From Antedon mediterranea (taxonomy: Eukaryota > Animalia > Echinodermata): a DNA stretch of 64,000 nt. This document shows positions 38,359-49,544 of the stretch, in pieces. Position numbers and translations under genes: made by a program. How positions within the stretch are numbered: position 1 is the stretch's first letter; each line of letters starts with the position of its first letter. The notes beneath the pieces were generated by a model. The model made no database searches. It worked only from the letters and a program-made list of their open reading frames with translations, and was not told the origin of the DNA. The stretch covers positions 18,989,365-19,053,364 of the forward strand of contig NC_092678.1 of the NCBI RefSeq assembly GCF_964355755.1, written 5' to 3'.

Positions 38359-39918
38359 TCATTTATTATATTTTTCTGGTTCGTTATTTATTCCTGTTAA
38401 CTCGACGTCTGTTATTGTAAGCCTACTTGAGCGATTTTCGGCGTCTGGTATTGAAGGTCTACTTGAGCGATTTTCTCTGTATATTAAGAAGACTAGTGTT
38501 ACTATAAGTAAAAAAAAACCAAGAGACAATGCAATGGCCAAAGATGATTTCTTCTTAAATTCGATTGATTCAAGAATTATTTGATTCTTAGATGTGCTGG
38601 TGCTTTTTGTCAGAGCTTCTGGTGTTGGCTCATTTATGAAAGTACTTTCTAGACTAATAGCTCTTGTTGTCTTTGATTCTATGTACTCATCATTGTCTGT
38701 GGTTAATATTGAATAGTCCGAATGCATATTGGATAGATTCCTAGTAGTTTTACCGAATGTGGTCTCTGGTGCTGTATTTCCTAGAATCGATTCTGTTGTC
38801 AATGGTGCAGTAACTGATGGCACGGTCGAAAGACTTCCGGTAGTCGTCCGTTGTACAACATCGTCCGTGGTAAACTTTGACGAAGCTGAAGGCACGTTGG
38901 GTAAACCTCTGGTAGTTTCAGCGACTGTTTTCTCCGGTGTAGTCTGCTGTACCTCTGTGGACAAAATTGACGAAGTTGAAGGAACGTTGGATAAATCTCT
39001 TGTAGTTTCAGCGACTGTTGTCTCCGATGTAGTCTGATGTAACTCCGTGGTCAATATTGACGAAACTGAAGGCATAGCATCGTGCAGAAGCCTAGTAGGA
39101 CTATTTGCTTCAGCTATAAATGTAGTAATTGGTGAAAATGTTGATTCTGTTATTGTCGATTGCGTTGTTGTTTGAGACGTTATAGTACAAGTCTTTACAT
39201 CAAAATTTTTTCCCAAGTTGCTGTTGATTTTGCATTGGAAAGTTGCTTCTAAATCTTCTTGTTGAAGAACAAAATCATACACAATTGAAAATTCCTCAAA
39301 TCTCTTCTCTCTATTGTATTCTTCGACATGACTAGCAATAATATTATCATTTTTCAAAAATTTAATCCGTGTAGCCAATATAGAATTGCCCGTTGATGTA
39401 CAGGTAAGTCTAGTGGATTTTCCGATAGCGTCTTCATGGTAATTGGTTGAACTACAAAGTGGGTATGGAGGTGGCGGAGTATAGAAAACTTTTAGTTCGA
39501 TGTAATGGTTGGTTTCATATAACACCTCATGAGAAGATGCATTTATAACTTTACATTTATATCCATTCTCGTGGAGAAGTTGTCCAAACCCATTGGCAGT
39601 CGATAATCTCAGTTCAAATTTAAGCTTGTTAATTGAATATGCCAGTGCTTCTTGACCAAGGTCAGAGGTCAAAAGCGTTCCATTTCTGTAAATCTCTGTT
39701 ACATTTCCAGTAATTGCGCTTCTTCTGTACCAACTGACATAGCTATCGTTTCTGGGTGGAGAATTTGTACATGAAAAGTGTACAATATTACCTTCAATAG
39801 CCAATATATCAGTCGATTGATTTCCAATCAAAGGTATGATGGTAGATTGGATTGTAGTTGGCATAACTAGCAAAATAATCGACAGCAAGATTTGTATTTT
39901 AATTCCAAACATTGTCAT
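38359..39918 (-). CDS. Single-exon type I membrane protein: signal peptide, two Ig-like domains, Ser/Thr mucin stalk, TM, short tail (519 aa)
   Basis: Ig1: VHFSC..VSWYR..GYKCKV. Ig2: RLTCTS..ATFQCKI. The Thr-rich stalk has ~31-aa repeats. TM: LAIALSLGFFLLIVTLVFLIY. Confidence 0.88.
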   Translation of the reverse strand: MTMFGIKIQILLSIILLVMPTTIQSTIIPLIGNQSTDILAIEGNIVHFSCTNSPPRNDSYVSWYRRSAITGNVTEIYRNGTLLTSDLGQEALAYSINKLKFELRLSTANGFGQLLHENGYKCKVINASSHEVLYETNHYIELKVFYTPPPPYPLCSSTNYHEDAIGKSTRLTCTSTGNSILATRIKFLKNDNIIASHVEEYNREKRFEEFSIVYDFVLQQEDLEATFQCKINSNLGKNFDVKTCTITSQTTTQSTITESTFSPITTFIAEANSPTRLLHDAMPSVSSILTTELHQTTSETTVAETTRDLSNVPSTSSILSTEVQQTTPEKTVAETTRGLPNVPSASSKFTTDDVVQRTTTGSLSTVPSVTAPLTTESILGNTAPETTFGKTTRNLSNMHSDYSILTTDNDEYIESKTTRAISLESTFINEPTPEALTKSTSTSKNQIILESIEFKKKSSLAIALSLGFFLLIVTLVFLIYRENRSSRPSIPDAENRSSRLTITDVELTGINNEPEKYNK

Positions 39919-40859
39919 AATATTGTAGTTCTGAGTTTAACCTTACCCAAACAAACTTAACTGATAATAGTACTTACAAATCAGTCTTAGTTTGTCAAAG
40001 ATAACTTTTGCTTTTGATCAGTATTTTATGAAAGCGGCGAGTCTGTCAATTCTTTGTTGGTAAGAAATATCTGTGAGGTAAAGTATAAGAACAGAGGCCT
40101 ATTATTAAAACATTTTTTTTCTTCAGATTAATTGAATAACAAGTATAACGTTACTCTAAACAAAACAGGATTTCCCCGGAAAGGACCAGGTGAGAAATTG
40201 AGGGTTTCTAAAGCTTTCATTGCATCGTCAATAGATTGCTAAACAAAATTTTTAAAAATTAAAAGAAAAGAAAGAATCTATACCGTTACTTACTACTTTG
40301 TAATGCTTTTATAGTTTTGTATCCTCACTCGAAATTACATCAATATCTGACTACCTTCTGCTGTCTCTTGTATTTATACTGTCTCTCGTATATAACAGGT
40401 TGGTGAACTCTGGCGCCACACAGGAAGTTGTTTAGGTTTGACAAGTCATAAAACAAACTACAGTATATCATTCTGAGTAAACGCTGTGTTACGTAATGTA
40501 ACTGATGTAACGGTTTCAGCATTTTAGAAAACAGTATATTGTACAGTTCCTACCTATTCTATATGTTTATTTCTTGTAATTTTGTATTTTTAGGTGTCAG
40601 TTCAATGGTATTGTAGTTACTGTAGTTGAATTGTTTTGACATGTTGACCTACGTCGACTTTTTATTGTAATTGTTATTTTCTATATCATGTTTTTTTTTG
40701 TATATTTCTCTTGGATGGATGCACCTTCCATTTGGTCGAGTGCCACTGTTGTAAAAGTGTAATCTCCAAATAAATTATTATTATTATAGTGTCGAATTTC
40801 TGTTATGAGTATACAGTACTTGCCTTTACGACGCCTGAGGGAATAGACACTTGTGGAAC

Positions 40860-41330
40860 AGAGATTGGAATGTTCCATTCATTTCAAATCAATACATTTG
40901 CATAAACGTATATTAAATCTATCAAAATAATGTTTTTTAAAGAAAATCGGCCTGTCTTCAATATTATGATACTGTACTCGAGCTGTTCAACCGGTTTTCA
41001 TCTATTCAAAACAATTATCGTAGGAGGAGATAGGAAAATGCGAGGCCTCCTCGCATTTTTGTGGCAGGTATTTTTCAAGATGGACATCCATTAGACAGTG
41101 TATACCACGATCGGAAAACACCCTATTTGGGGCAAATCGTTGAACCTAAATTCGTTTTAATCGTCAATAACTAATTATCTAACTTAATTTAATTAGTAAA
41201 CAGGGTTACATCAGGTGGTTAAACCAGTACCGAAAGTACGAACCAACTTTATATACCATCGAGTAAAAATTCTAAAAGTAAGGCGCGATTTACCGAATTT
41301 TGCATGCCCTTACGTAAATTTATATATAGA
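40860..41330 (-). mobile_element. Second Helitron copy (5' ~470 bp), fused head-to-tail to the first
   Basis: Close direct repeat of 42180-42647. It starts TCTATATATA immediately after the CTAG of the first unit. Confidence 0.72.
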
Positions 41331-42647
41331 CTAGATGGTACGCTCGCTTCGCTCGCGTACCATCTAGGTCGTGCCCACAGATGGTTCTCGAATACACAGT
41401 AATTTCAGCGTAACAAAACTGGCGATTTCAAATGTACGTACCGCAGGACTATATTATACATTGTCGTTTACAGAAACGAATAAATAGACACGATGATTTA
41501 TGTAGTCAACTAAAATTAGCACCCTGGGAATTACTTCCGAAGGAGAAACTTATCACAAAATCAAGTTTTTGATTTGGACTCATTTAAAGAAACCCAATTT
41601 GTGTTTTGTATGTAACATTAGGGTTGAGGGATGGGAAAGCGGATAGGTACAAAGAGGAACAATTTTTAAATATTATTATTCTTTATCCACTCAGTAACGA
41701 AATATTTTTTTCATGTTTTATAGGCCTATAAATAATATACCTCTAAATACAGTAAAACATTTGCGATTTAATACTTTTTTTATTTTATTTATTTATTTAT
41801 TTCTTTTAAATATTCATTTTACACTAATTTTCCCCGTGTATGGCAAGAGATTCCTAATTATATTAGAAAACATTCTTTATTTAGTTTAGTTAAAACTGTC
41901 ACTGTCATAATCGATTGAAATATTAAAGTACCATGTCACGATACACAACTACGACGTTTATATTTGGTAATTATTAATTAATACAAACGTTGAGAAAGAA
42001 CTGTCAGTATAAAGTTTATTTGTATATAATAATGTGTTTATATATCTAACAGTAGAGCCTATCCACAATGTCGCAAGTTTATTCTCAAAGGGCCCATATA
42101 TTTACCTACCGTATGTGTTAAACCAAGGGCTCATAAATTTACCTACAGTACTTGTGTTAAACCAAACTCTGGCAGACTGAGAGATTGGGATGTTCCATTC
42201 ATCGCAAATCAATAGATTTGTATATCGTATATTAAATCTATCAAAATAGTATTTTTTAAAGAAAATCGGCCTGTCTTCAACATTATGATGGTGTACTCTA
42301 GCTGTTCAACCGGTTTTCAGCCATTAAAAACAATTATCGTAGGAGGAGATAGGAAAATGCGAAGCCTCCTCGCATTTTTGTGGCGGGTATTTTTCAAGAC
42401 GGACATCCATTAGACAGTGTATACCACGATCGGAAAACACCCCTATTTGGGGCAAATCGTTGAACCTAAATTCGTTTTAATCGTCAATAACTAATTATCT
42501 AACTTAATTTAATTAGTAAACAGGGTTACATCAGGTGGTTAAAATCAGTACCGAAAGTACGAACCAACTTTATATACCATCGAGTACAAATTCGAAAAGT
42601 AAGCCGCGATTTACCGAATTTTGCCCTTACGTAAATTTATATATAGA
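41331..42647 (-). mobile_element. Non-autonomous Helitron (complete unit)
   Basis: The minus strand begins A|TCTATATATAAATTTACG and ends in a GC-containing palindrome and CTAG. There is no TIR or TSD. Confidence 0.75.
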
Positions 42648-43030
42648 TAATAAGTTATAATTGAGAACAATTATGTTATCAATAGGCCTATAATTCGTGT
42701 TATACGATAAACAAAAAACACTAAAAACATTTTAAAAGGTTGTAGTTAAAATACTCTTTTTGTCATGCAGTCTAACACTTAGGCCTAGGAAGCTGTGGGT
42801 TCACGGCGACCTAGGGATTTAGGAAATAGACCTAGTAGCCTGCAGCTGAATAGTTGTATAAAACAGATTAAGTTTATAATATAGTTACTGCAGGAGAATA
42901 ATATGGTAGACACGATTTCTTTTTATTAGTAGTACAGCATAATTATAATCATTTTATATCATATTAAAACCGGTTGTATAGGCCTATTATTTATACTTTA
43001 ATTGATGTTCAGTTATTTTATTCATCTGGT

Positions 43031-43453
43031 TCATAATTCTACTGTTATTGATCTCTTTCTCTTGTACAGTAAGAATAGTATTGCGAGTACAAGTAAACCA
43101 AACACAACTGCACCAACTGACAATCCAATGACTAACGATGTATTCAAAGTTTCTTCTTCTGATTTGATAGTGACTGTGGAAGTGTCCAACGTGGTCATGC
43201 TGGTTGTAAGAATCTCTTGTGTTGGCTCTTTCCTGGCAGTAATCTCTCCACTAGTAGTAGCTATTGTTGTCTTTTGTACTGTAGTTCTTTCGTCTGTTGT
43301 CAATAATGAAGAGTCTAATTCGGTAACAACCACGGTAGTTACACCGGTTACGGTCAATGTCTCTAACGTTGTCTGGTGTTCAGGAAGTTGGCATTGAGAT
43401 GTAGCGATTAGCAAACCAAACAACATCAGGTTGGCAAGATTAATTCGCAACAT
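43031..43453 (-). CDS. Small mucin-like single-pass membrane glycoprotein (~140 aa)
   Basis: ATG at 43453 opens a signal peptide (MLRINLANLMLFGLLIATSQC), followed by a Thr-rich ectodomain, a TM (LVIGLSVGAVVFGLLVLAILFLLY) and the tail KRKRSITVEL. Candidate 5'UTR donor gtaagta at ~43917. Confidence 0.75.
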   Translation of the reverse strand: MLRINLANLMLFGLLIATSQCQLPEHQTTLETLTVTGVTTVVVTELDSSLLTTDERTTVQKTTIATTSGEITARKEPTQEILTTSMTTLDTSTVTIKSEEETLNTSLVIGLSVGAVVFGLLVLAILFLLYKRKRSITVEL

Positions 43454-46023
43454 AATTAAAGTTATTATTTTTTTTTGTATATGCCTTTCGTCCTTAAATC
43501 TTGTATCAAACGTCAAATTATTACACAAGTTTGATCTCTCTGTCTTTGAAGTAATTGATCCTGTTGACTATAAAATCTGTGTAGTAGAAAAAGTAATATT
43601 ACAATTTTCAAAAACAAAAACGAGTTTTTGTAATTCAGCCGTGTGGCTCAGTAGTATAGACTTCAGATTGTGGACTTGAAGACCCGCGTTCGAAACACAT
43701 AGAATATTTGTTGATACCGAGAGAGATTATTTAGATGGTTAGGTTCAATTATATTTATAAAATAGGTCGGCTAATTATTTTACGTAACGTAACGTTAGGC
43801 TAATGTATTACTCATGATTTCTACCTGAACCAGATAACAAAAATGGTGCCGTAACATCGTTATAGTTTAATATTCTTAGATGCTATTGATATTTAAAATA
43901 AATACAAACATACTTACTTTTCTATGACTTTGGATTTGTTTTACTTTTGACATCCAACTTTGTAATTTCCAAACACGGGAATGAAGTAAATTTTTCAACT
44001 GCATTCGATTTATACAATGCTGTGGTCAAATAAATCCTGGTAAACGTGCATGTTAAAAAATTAAAATGATATTATTTGTGATGTCATTGTCAGTGAAGTA
44101 GACAAACGCATCATCACACATTGCAATACGTCATGGACACCGGTGGTGTACCGTAATTTTTACCGGTGACTTTGTCGTATCTAACAACATCAATGTATTG
44201 TATTGTGTACAACTACGTTAACTTCTGATCTACAATGTTGTAATCCGGGTTGTTGGTTTTATAGAGGAAGTCTTCGAGATTAAATTAGGAAGTATAGCAA
44301 ACTAGTCGATTCTTTTTGGTAATCACTCCCCATGATTAAACAAAATAACATGATGACAATAATTGAAACCTATAAAATGCAAAAAAATAAACACAATATG
44401 TCACAATGTGTTGCTGAAAAGTTTGCGGTAGGCCTACACCACGATATGTATAAGTAGGCCTAGATCAGGCTGAATAGAACATTTGCCTTTCTTGACGTTT
44501 CGATCAGTAGAATTCAAACGTCTCAGGAATGAGAATTGAAAAATATAGATCGAAAGACGTCGAGAATCTCAATAGTTTATTTCAGAAATACATACGTAGT
44601 ATACCGCAAACAATAATACAAGATTTTTTTTTATTTCTTATTTGCATTCAGAGACATCTTTCATTTTTAGATTTTAATTAAAATCGTATCTAAAATTTTA
44701 AATGAAAACAAATATGGTTAATAGTGAATTCAAGTAGGCCTATCTTATTATGTAAATTTTAACTTACTATTTTAACTACTTTAAACACTTACTTTAATTG
44801 TCACAAATGTATTTATATGTTGGAAGAATTTCATCTGGTTGTGGAATAGGTATTACATACAATTTTTTATTTTTTTATTTATATGTATACAATAATATTC
44901 ATCACTGAGAATTTAAAATAAACGTGAGATGAACTCACACAAGACAAAAAAAAAAAGACACGTAGCACCACCTATTTAAGTAATGGTTCTGCTTTACCGC
45001 TGTCGAAAATAAGCGGGGTTATATTTTATAACATACAGTTAAAACCGGAGCTATACTCTTTAATGTTAAATTGTCTGCTATGTCTCGAGTGAAACATCCG
45101 ATATTTTTGGCAGTCATTTGGCTAGGACTATGTCTGCGTTTATTTGTCTTAATAGCCGTCAATTGTCTGAATTGATGTTCTTGATGAATACATTAAAAGT
45201 CGTTTGCATTCAATTGCTTCTATCAGAAACTGTAAGACACATGAGCTTAATAAGATAATTACCTAGATGACAAAATCTCTTTAGATTTAGCAATATTTAA
45301 TAACTTGTTTTTCAATTAGCATAACAAAAAATTATCCACAAAGGCCTAATTAGCAATCTGATTATTATTGCCTACGCCAAGGCAATCAAATGAAATAATT
45401 AAACTTAATTGAGTCCATTTACAAATCGCAAAATGTACAATACTGGACACACTCAATTAGCTTGATGATAAATAAATTTAGTTTTTTGGTCCTGGCATAA
45501 AATTGCTAATGCCTAAAAGATAGAAATTTTACTGACATAGGCCTAACTGTACTGTGTTATTCTAAAGGCCAGTGTCATTGCTGCAATGGCTTGCTTTTTA
45601 GTAAATTATAATATGAAGATAAAATAGTTGTTTATTTTTTGTCTTATGTGGGTTCATCCCACCTTTATTTCCATCATTTACATTTTCATATTAATATAGT
45701 AATTTATAAATACTTGTTCTAACATTGTCTTTTTGTTATCTGATTTTTGTTGTAATCTTGTCTCTATCTATTATCCTATTTACCATAATTTTCTCTTATA
45801 ATGTATACATATCATCTTTTAATGTATTTCTCATTAAAAACATATTAGTTCATATACATATTTTCTACTTATTTTCTTTTCTGTATACATAAATTATCAT
45901 TTAACATCATTGTTTAATAATATATTTATTAACTTAGACTATTTTTAAAAATCTTTTTAACAATTTCATATTTTTAAATATAAGAAAAAGAAGTAGAATG
46001 AGTTTTACTGTAGTTGTTTAGGT

Positions 46024-47080
46024 TCATTTGCAAATAATTTTTCTGAAAATCTTTTTACAAAAATTTCTGAAGTGTGTATTTGTTCTACAGTAAATGATAG
46101 GATTCATCAAACAATTCAGATACAGTGATATAGTTGCCAAAAAAGCTCCTGTATTGCATACTTTGTCGTCAATTTTTAATTCTAATGTAAGACGTTAAGG
46201 CATTTTTAACAGTATTTTTAACTTTTTATCTTGTATTTTTAATCTGTTATAATACTGCACGTTTTTAAATTGTTGCAATATTGTTGTTTTAATCTACCAA
46301 GCAAAGTGAATTTCCATTTTTATGGACAAATAAAATTTCTTGAATCTTGAATCTTGAATCTAACTGGTTCGTAGATTACCTGAAGAAAAGATGGTATCAT
46401 AAAAGTACAAAAAGCGCCAAGAATTATGGCGGTAGTTTTTGTCGCTTTGAAGTTTTGAATTCTTGTGTGTCGTTGGTGATCAGCTGAATTGGCATCCGTT
46501 GAGGCAATTTCAAAGAATACCTTTCTAGCTTCGATGTATACTCGAGTATGACAACCATATACCGGAACGCAAGTTAATATACTATAAATATCATAATAAT
46601 CGGAAAATATTCATCAATTGAATATTGTCGAATAAGTGTTACTACAAGTGATATCCAAAGAGTCCACGAGACAACTAATGCGATTATAACACGTTTGTTG
46701 TTTATCTTAGCCACGGAGAAGAAAGGATAGAAAATCGCTAAGTACCTTTCGAATACCAAAAAGATGTGATGAATGTAAGAGAATAAAATATGAAAGGTTG
46801 CCACGTTGAACGAAATATTGCCGAGGTAATCTTCAGTGTAGTAGAATTTTCCTGTGTGAGTCCATTTGGCAAGTCCCATTAGCATCCAGCAGGCCATATA
46901 AAAATCAACAATTGCTACGCTAGCAATGATGATAAAACTAGGTTTTTGTAGATCTTTTAGTGATAGCACTGCAACAACAGTCAAGGTATTCGAAAGTAAA
47001 ACTGTTACTGAAATTATGAAAAACGGCACAGCAAATACCGCTGGAAGATCGCAAAAGATCATTACAGTTCCGTTCACCAT
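46024..47080 (-). pseudogene. Intronless class A (rhodopsin-like) GPCR pseudogene
   Basis: TM1-4 lie in ORF 47080-46574 (SN, IAIVD-like TM2, FERYLAIFYPF). A frameshift occurs near 46580. The next frame gives TM5-6 (..HTRVYIEAR..KATKTTAIILGAFCTFMIP). After a ~165-bp insertion, TM7 reads LNCLMNPIIY, ending in TGA at 46024-46026. Confidence 0.82.
46195..46360 (+). mobile_element. Retroelement 3'-tail fragment inserted in the GPCR pseudogene
   Basis: AT-rich segment ending aataaaatttc(ttgaatc)x3. Short tandem-repeat tails of this kind are seen in several LINE clades. Confidence 0.55.
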
Positions 47081-48134
47081 CTTGAAAACTTTTAGTAAAA
47101 TGTCATCAATAAAATAAAACGTGTTCGTTTATTAAATCAATTGGAATCTATTATTATTAATTTCAATCGTTCCTAGTATGCCCAACAAGTACGAAGAAAA
47201 TAGAATATGAATTGAACATCATGTAGACCACCGATTTAGTTTTGCTTCTTTTTATATCGTCTTTTTTTTTTTTTATCAGCTCGGGAAATTATTATAAGTT
47301 TCAGAAGTACTACAAATGACATGAGATACGGTAAGGCTTTCATACTCATTTATTTTTTTAGTTGTCCAAAAAGCAAAAAATACCTACAATGCTTCTATCA
47401 TAGTTTTATTCGATGAAATTAATAAAATGCATATTTTCTGCAGAACTGCATCATGTATTTAACCAAATAATTCTAACAACAGGACAAGCTCGTCTCAATC
47501 CTTTTATCTTATGTCTGGCTGCAACAAATACCACAGTACTGTACTAATGTGCATATTCTCCGCGGTGAGCAGTGTCTGTTATGATGCGTGGAACGGATCG
47601 TGTTGCAGCCACAGATAAACACTTTGATCTCCTGAGCTCATCCTGTTAGATTTCCTTGATTGAACACACAAGCAGTAGTTTAAAATTACCACCACCTATT
47701 CCAAACAACATTGCTGAACTATAAATAAATTCATTCTGATTTAGTACATAAAATTAAAAAAGAAGTATCATTCTATACATTTATGTTGTTATTTTCCTGT
47801 GTTGATCTGTAAACAAACATATTCATATAAACTTAAAATTAACAACATTACTGACAGTAATTTCGTATATATTTGGTAAACATTAAAAAATCATAATTCG
47901 TACATAGTTTGTTTCTTTCACTGTTTCGATCAGTTAAAATTAAACATTCCTTTGTATCAATAATTTTTAAAAAACTTCCGACTAAAAGACATCTCTTTCT
48001 ACAGTACTTTTCGTATTCTGCTTTCTTTTTTTTTCTACCTACTAAAGATTATTAAAAAAGAAAATCTATTGAAAATGATTACAACCACCACCACCAAAAA
48101 TATCTTTATCACAAGAGTAATACTTCGTTGGCCT

Positions 48135-48197
48135 AATGGTCAACACAGCAACTGGTCAACACAGCCACTGGTCAACGCAGCCACTGGTCAACGCAGT
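48135..48197. repeat. 16-bp tandem repeat, ~4 copies
   Basis: (actggtcaac[a/g]cagcc)n. Confidence 0.8.
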
Positions 48198-49544
48198 GAT
48201 CATGTTTAACAAAAAAGTTAAATGTAACTTTGACACAAATTAATAATCATCATATCTGGTACTGTAAAATTATTAAAAAATCAAAATAATAATAAAATAT
48301 TAAGGGAACATTTTGGGTTGAATTAAGTGTCTCTTTAATAGGGGTGTCCTAAAAAAAGGGGGGAGGGGGGGACGGGAGAGGTTTGGTTTTTACTTACATA
48401 CAAGATTAAAATTAAATTCAAATTAACGTTTCTTTCCCATTATGGAAGAATTTTTTTTTAATGGAGTAAATATAAAATATATATATACATACATCAAAAT
48501 ATTACATACATCCAAAAAACAATCAACATTTTCAAAATATTCTGGAAATTAAACAAATGGTAAATTCCTTAACTATGAATTATTATATAATTAGTCAAGA
48601 CATTTGCAGACACACATACTACCAAATATTTACATACAAAATTATTTTTAACTTGAATTGAAAATAAAACATTATAATTCTAACATAAACAAATCATTAA
48701 TAATAATAATTTAGTATAGCATGATTTATGATTTTTATCATAGCAAAATTGAAATATATTATTTTCTTATTACTAGTACTGGTTTAGCTATATTGATGGC
48801 CCATTTATTATTTTAAAATGTTTTCAACTTTAATAAACTTACTTTAAACTTCTTTTTATTATGCATATTAGTTAAACTACATAATTTATTTGTTTTTGAT
48901 TCGTTGAATAAAATAAAATGTAAATTACTTTCATTAAACTTTATTTATTTAAATAAAAACACAATTTCTTTATTAAGGGTATTACACAAGTACATAATCA
49001 CTCATGTGGAACTAATTCAGGGACCATGTTAGAATGTTTCTACTGCAATAACTACTTCTGTTTGACATGATCCCTTAAATCAAAATTTAAAAATTTGTTC
49101 TCACAACAGTAAATTTTGATAACAAAGTTTTAGGAAAATTGATTTAACTTCTTTTTAAATGAAATTTAAAACAGAACTTTCAGAAATACTACAACAAATG
49201 GTAACTTAACTAGTGCAGAAAAATGAGTTGCAAAAAGTTGCTCCATGAGCTCCATGGTTGCTCATAATCATTTTTCATTGCAACAAGTAAAACGAGCTGC
49301 AGTTGAGTGAAAAAAATCAAAAGAAATGTTTTTCTATAGAATTGTTTTTTTCATCACATTTAACTTAATTAATTAATTTTAATTGGCAATCTAAATTCGG
49401 CCGAGTTGACAAACAGTAAGAAAAAACTTATTACTAAGCAATAGCGAAAACTTGTAATTAATTTGAGTAGATAAATGTCTTTAAGTAGGTTTTTTTATCG
49501 CTGTTGGTTTTGACTGAATAAAATAAAATAAAATAAAAATAAAA

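Noticed and set aside
37600-40860. Capture of the Ig-mucin gene by the second Helitron copy, or endogenous viral origin of the intronless genes
   Set aside because: No matching 3' palindrome and CTAG were found beyond the gene, there are no viral hallmark genes, and the genes have candidate 5'UTR splice sites.
43638-43698. tRNA gene (also 57785-57860)
   Set aside because: A/B-box-like motifs only; the acceptor and anticodon stems do not pair. Treated as SINE heads.
44488-44570. Second hammerhead-like motif (cgaaacgtc in an imperfect inverted pair)
   Set aside because: The CUGANGA core and stem II are not recoverable; too degenerate to call.
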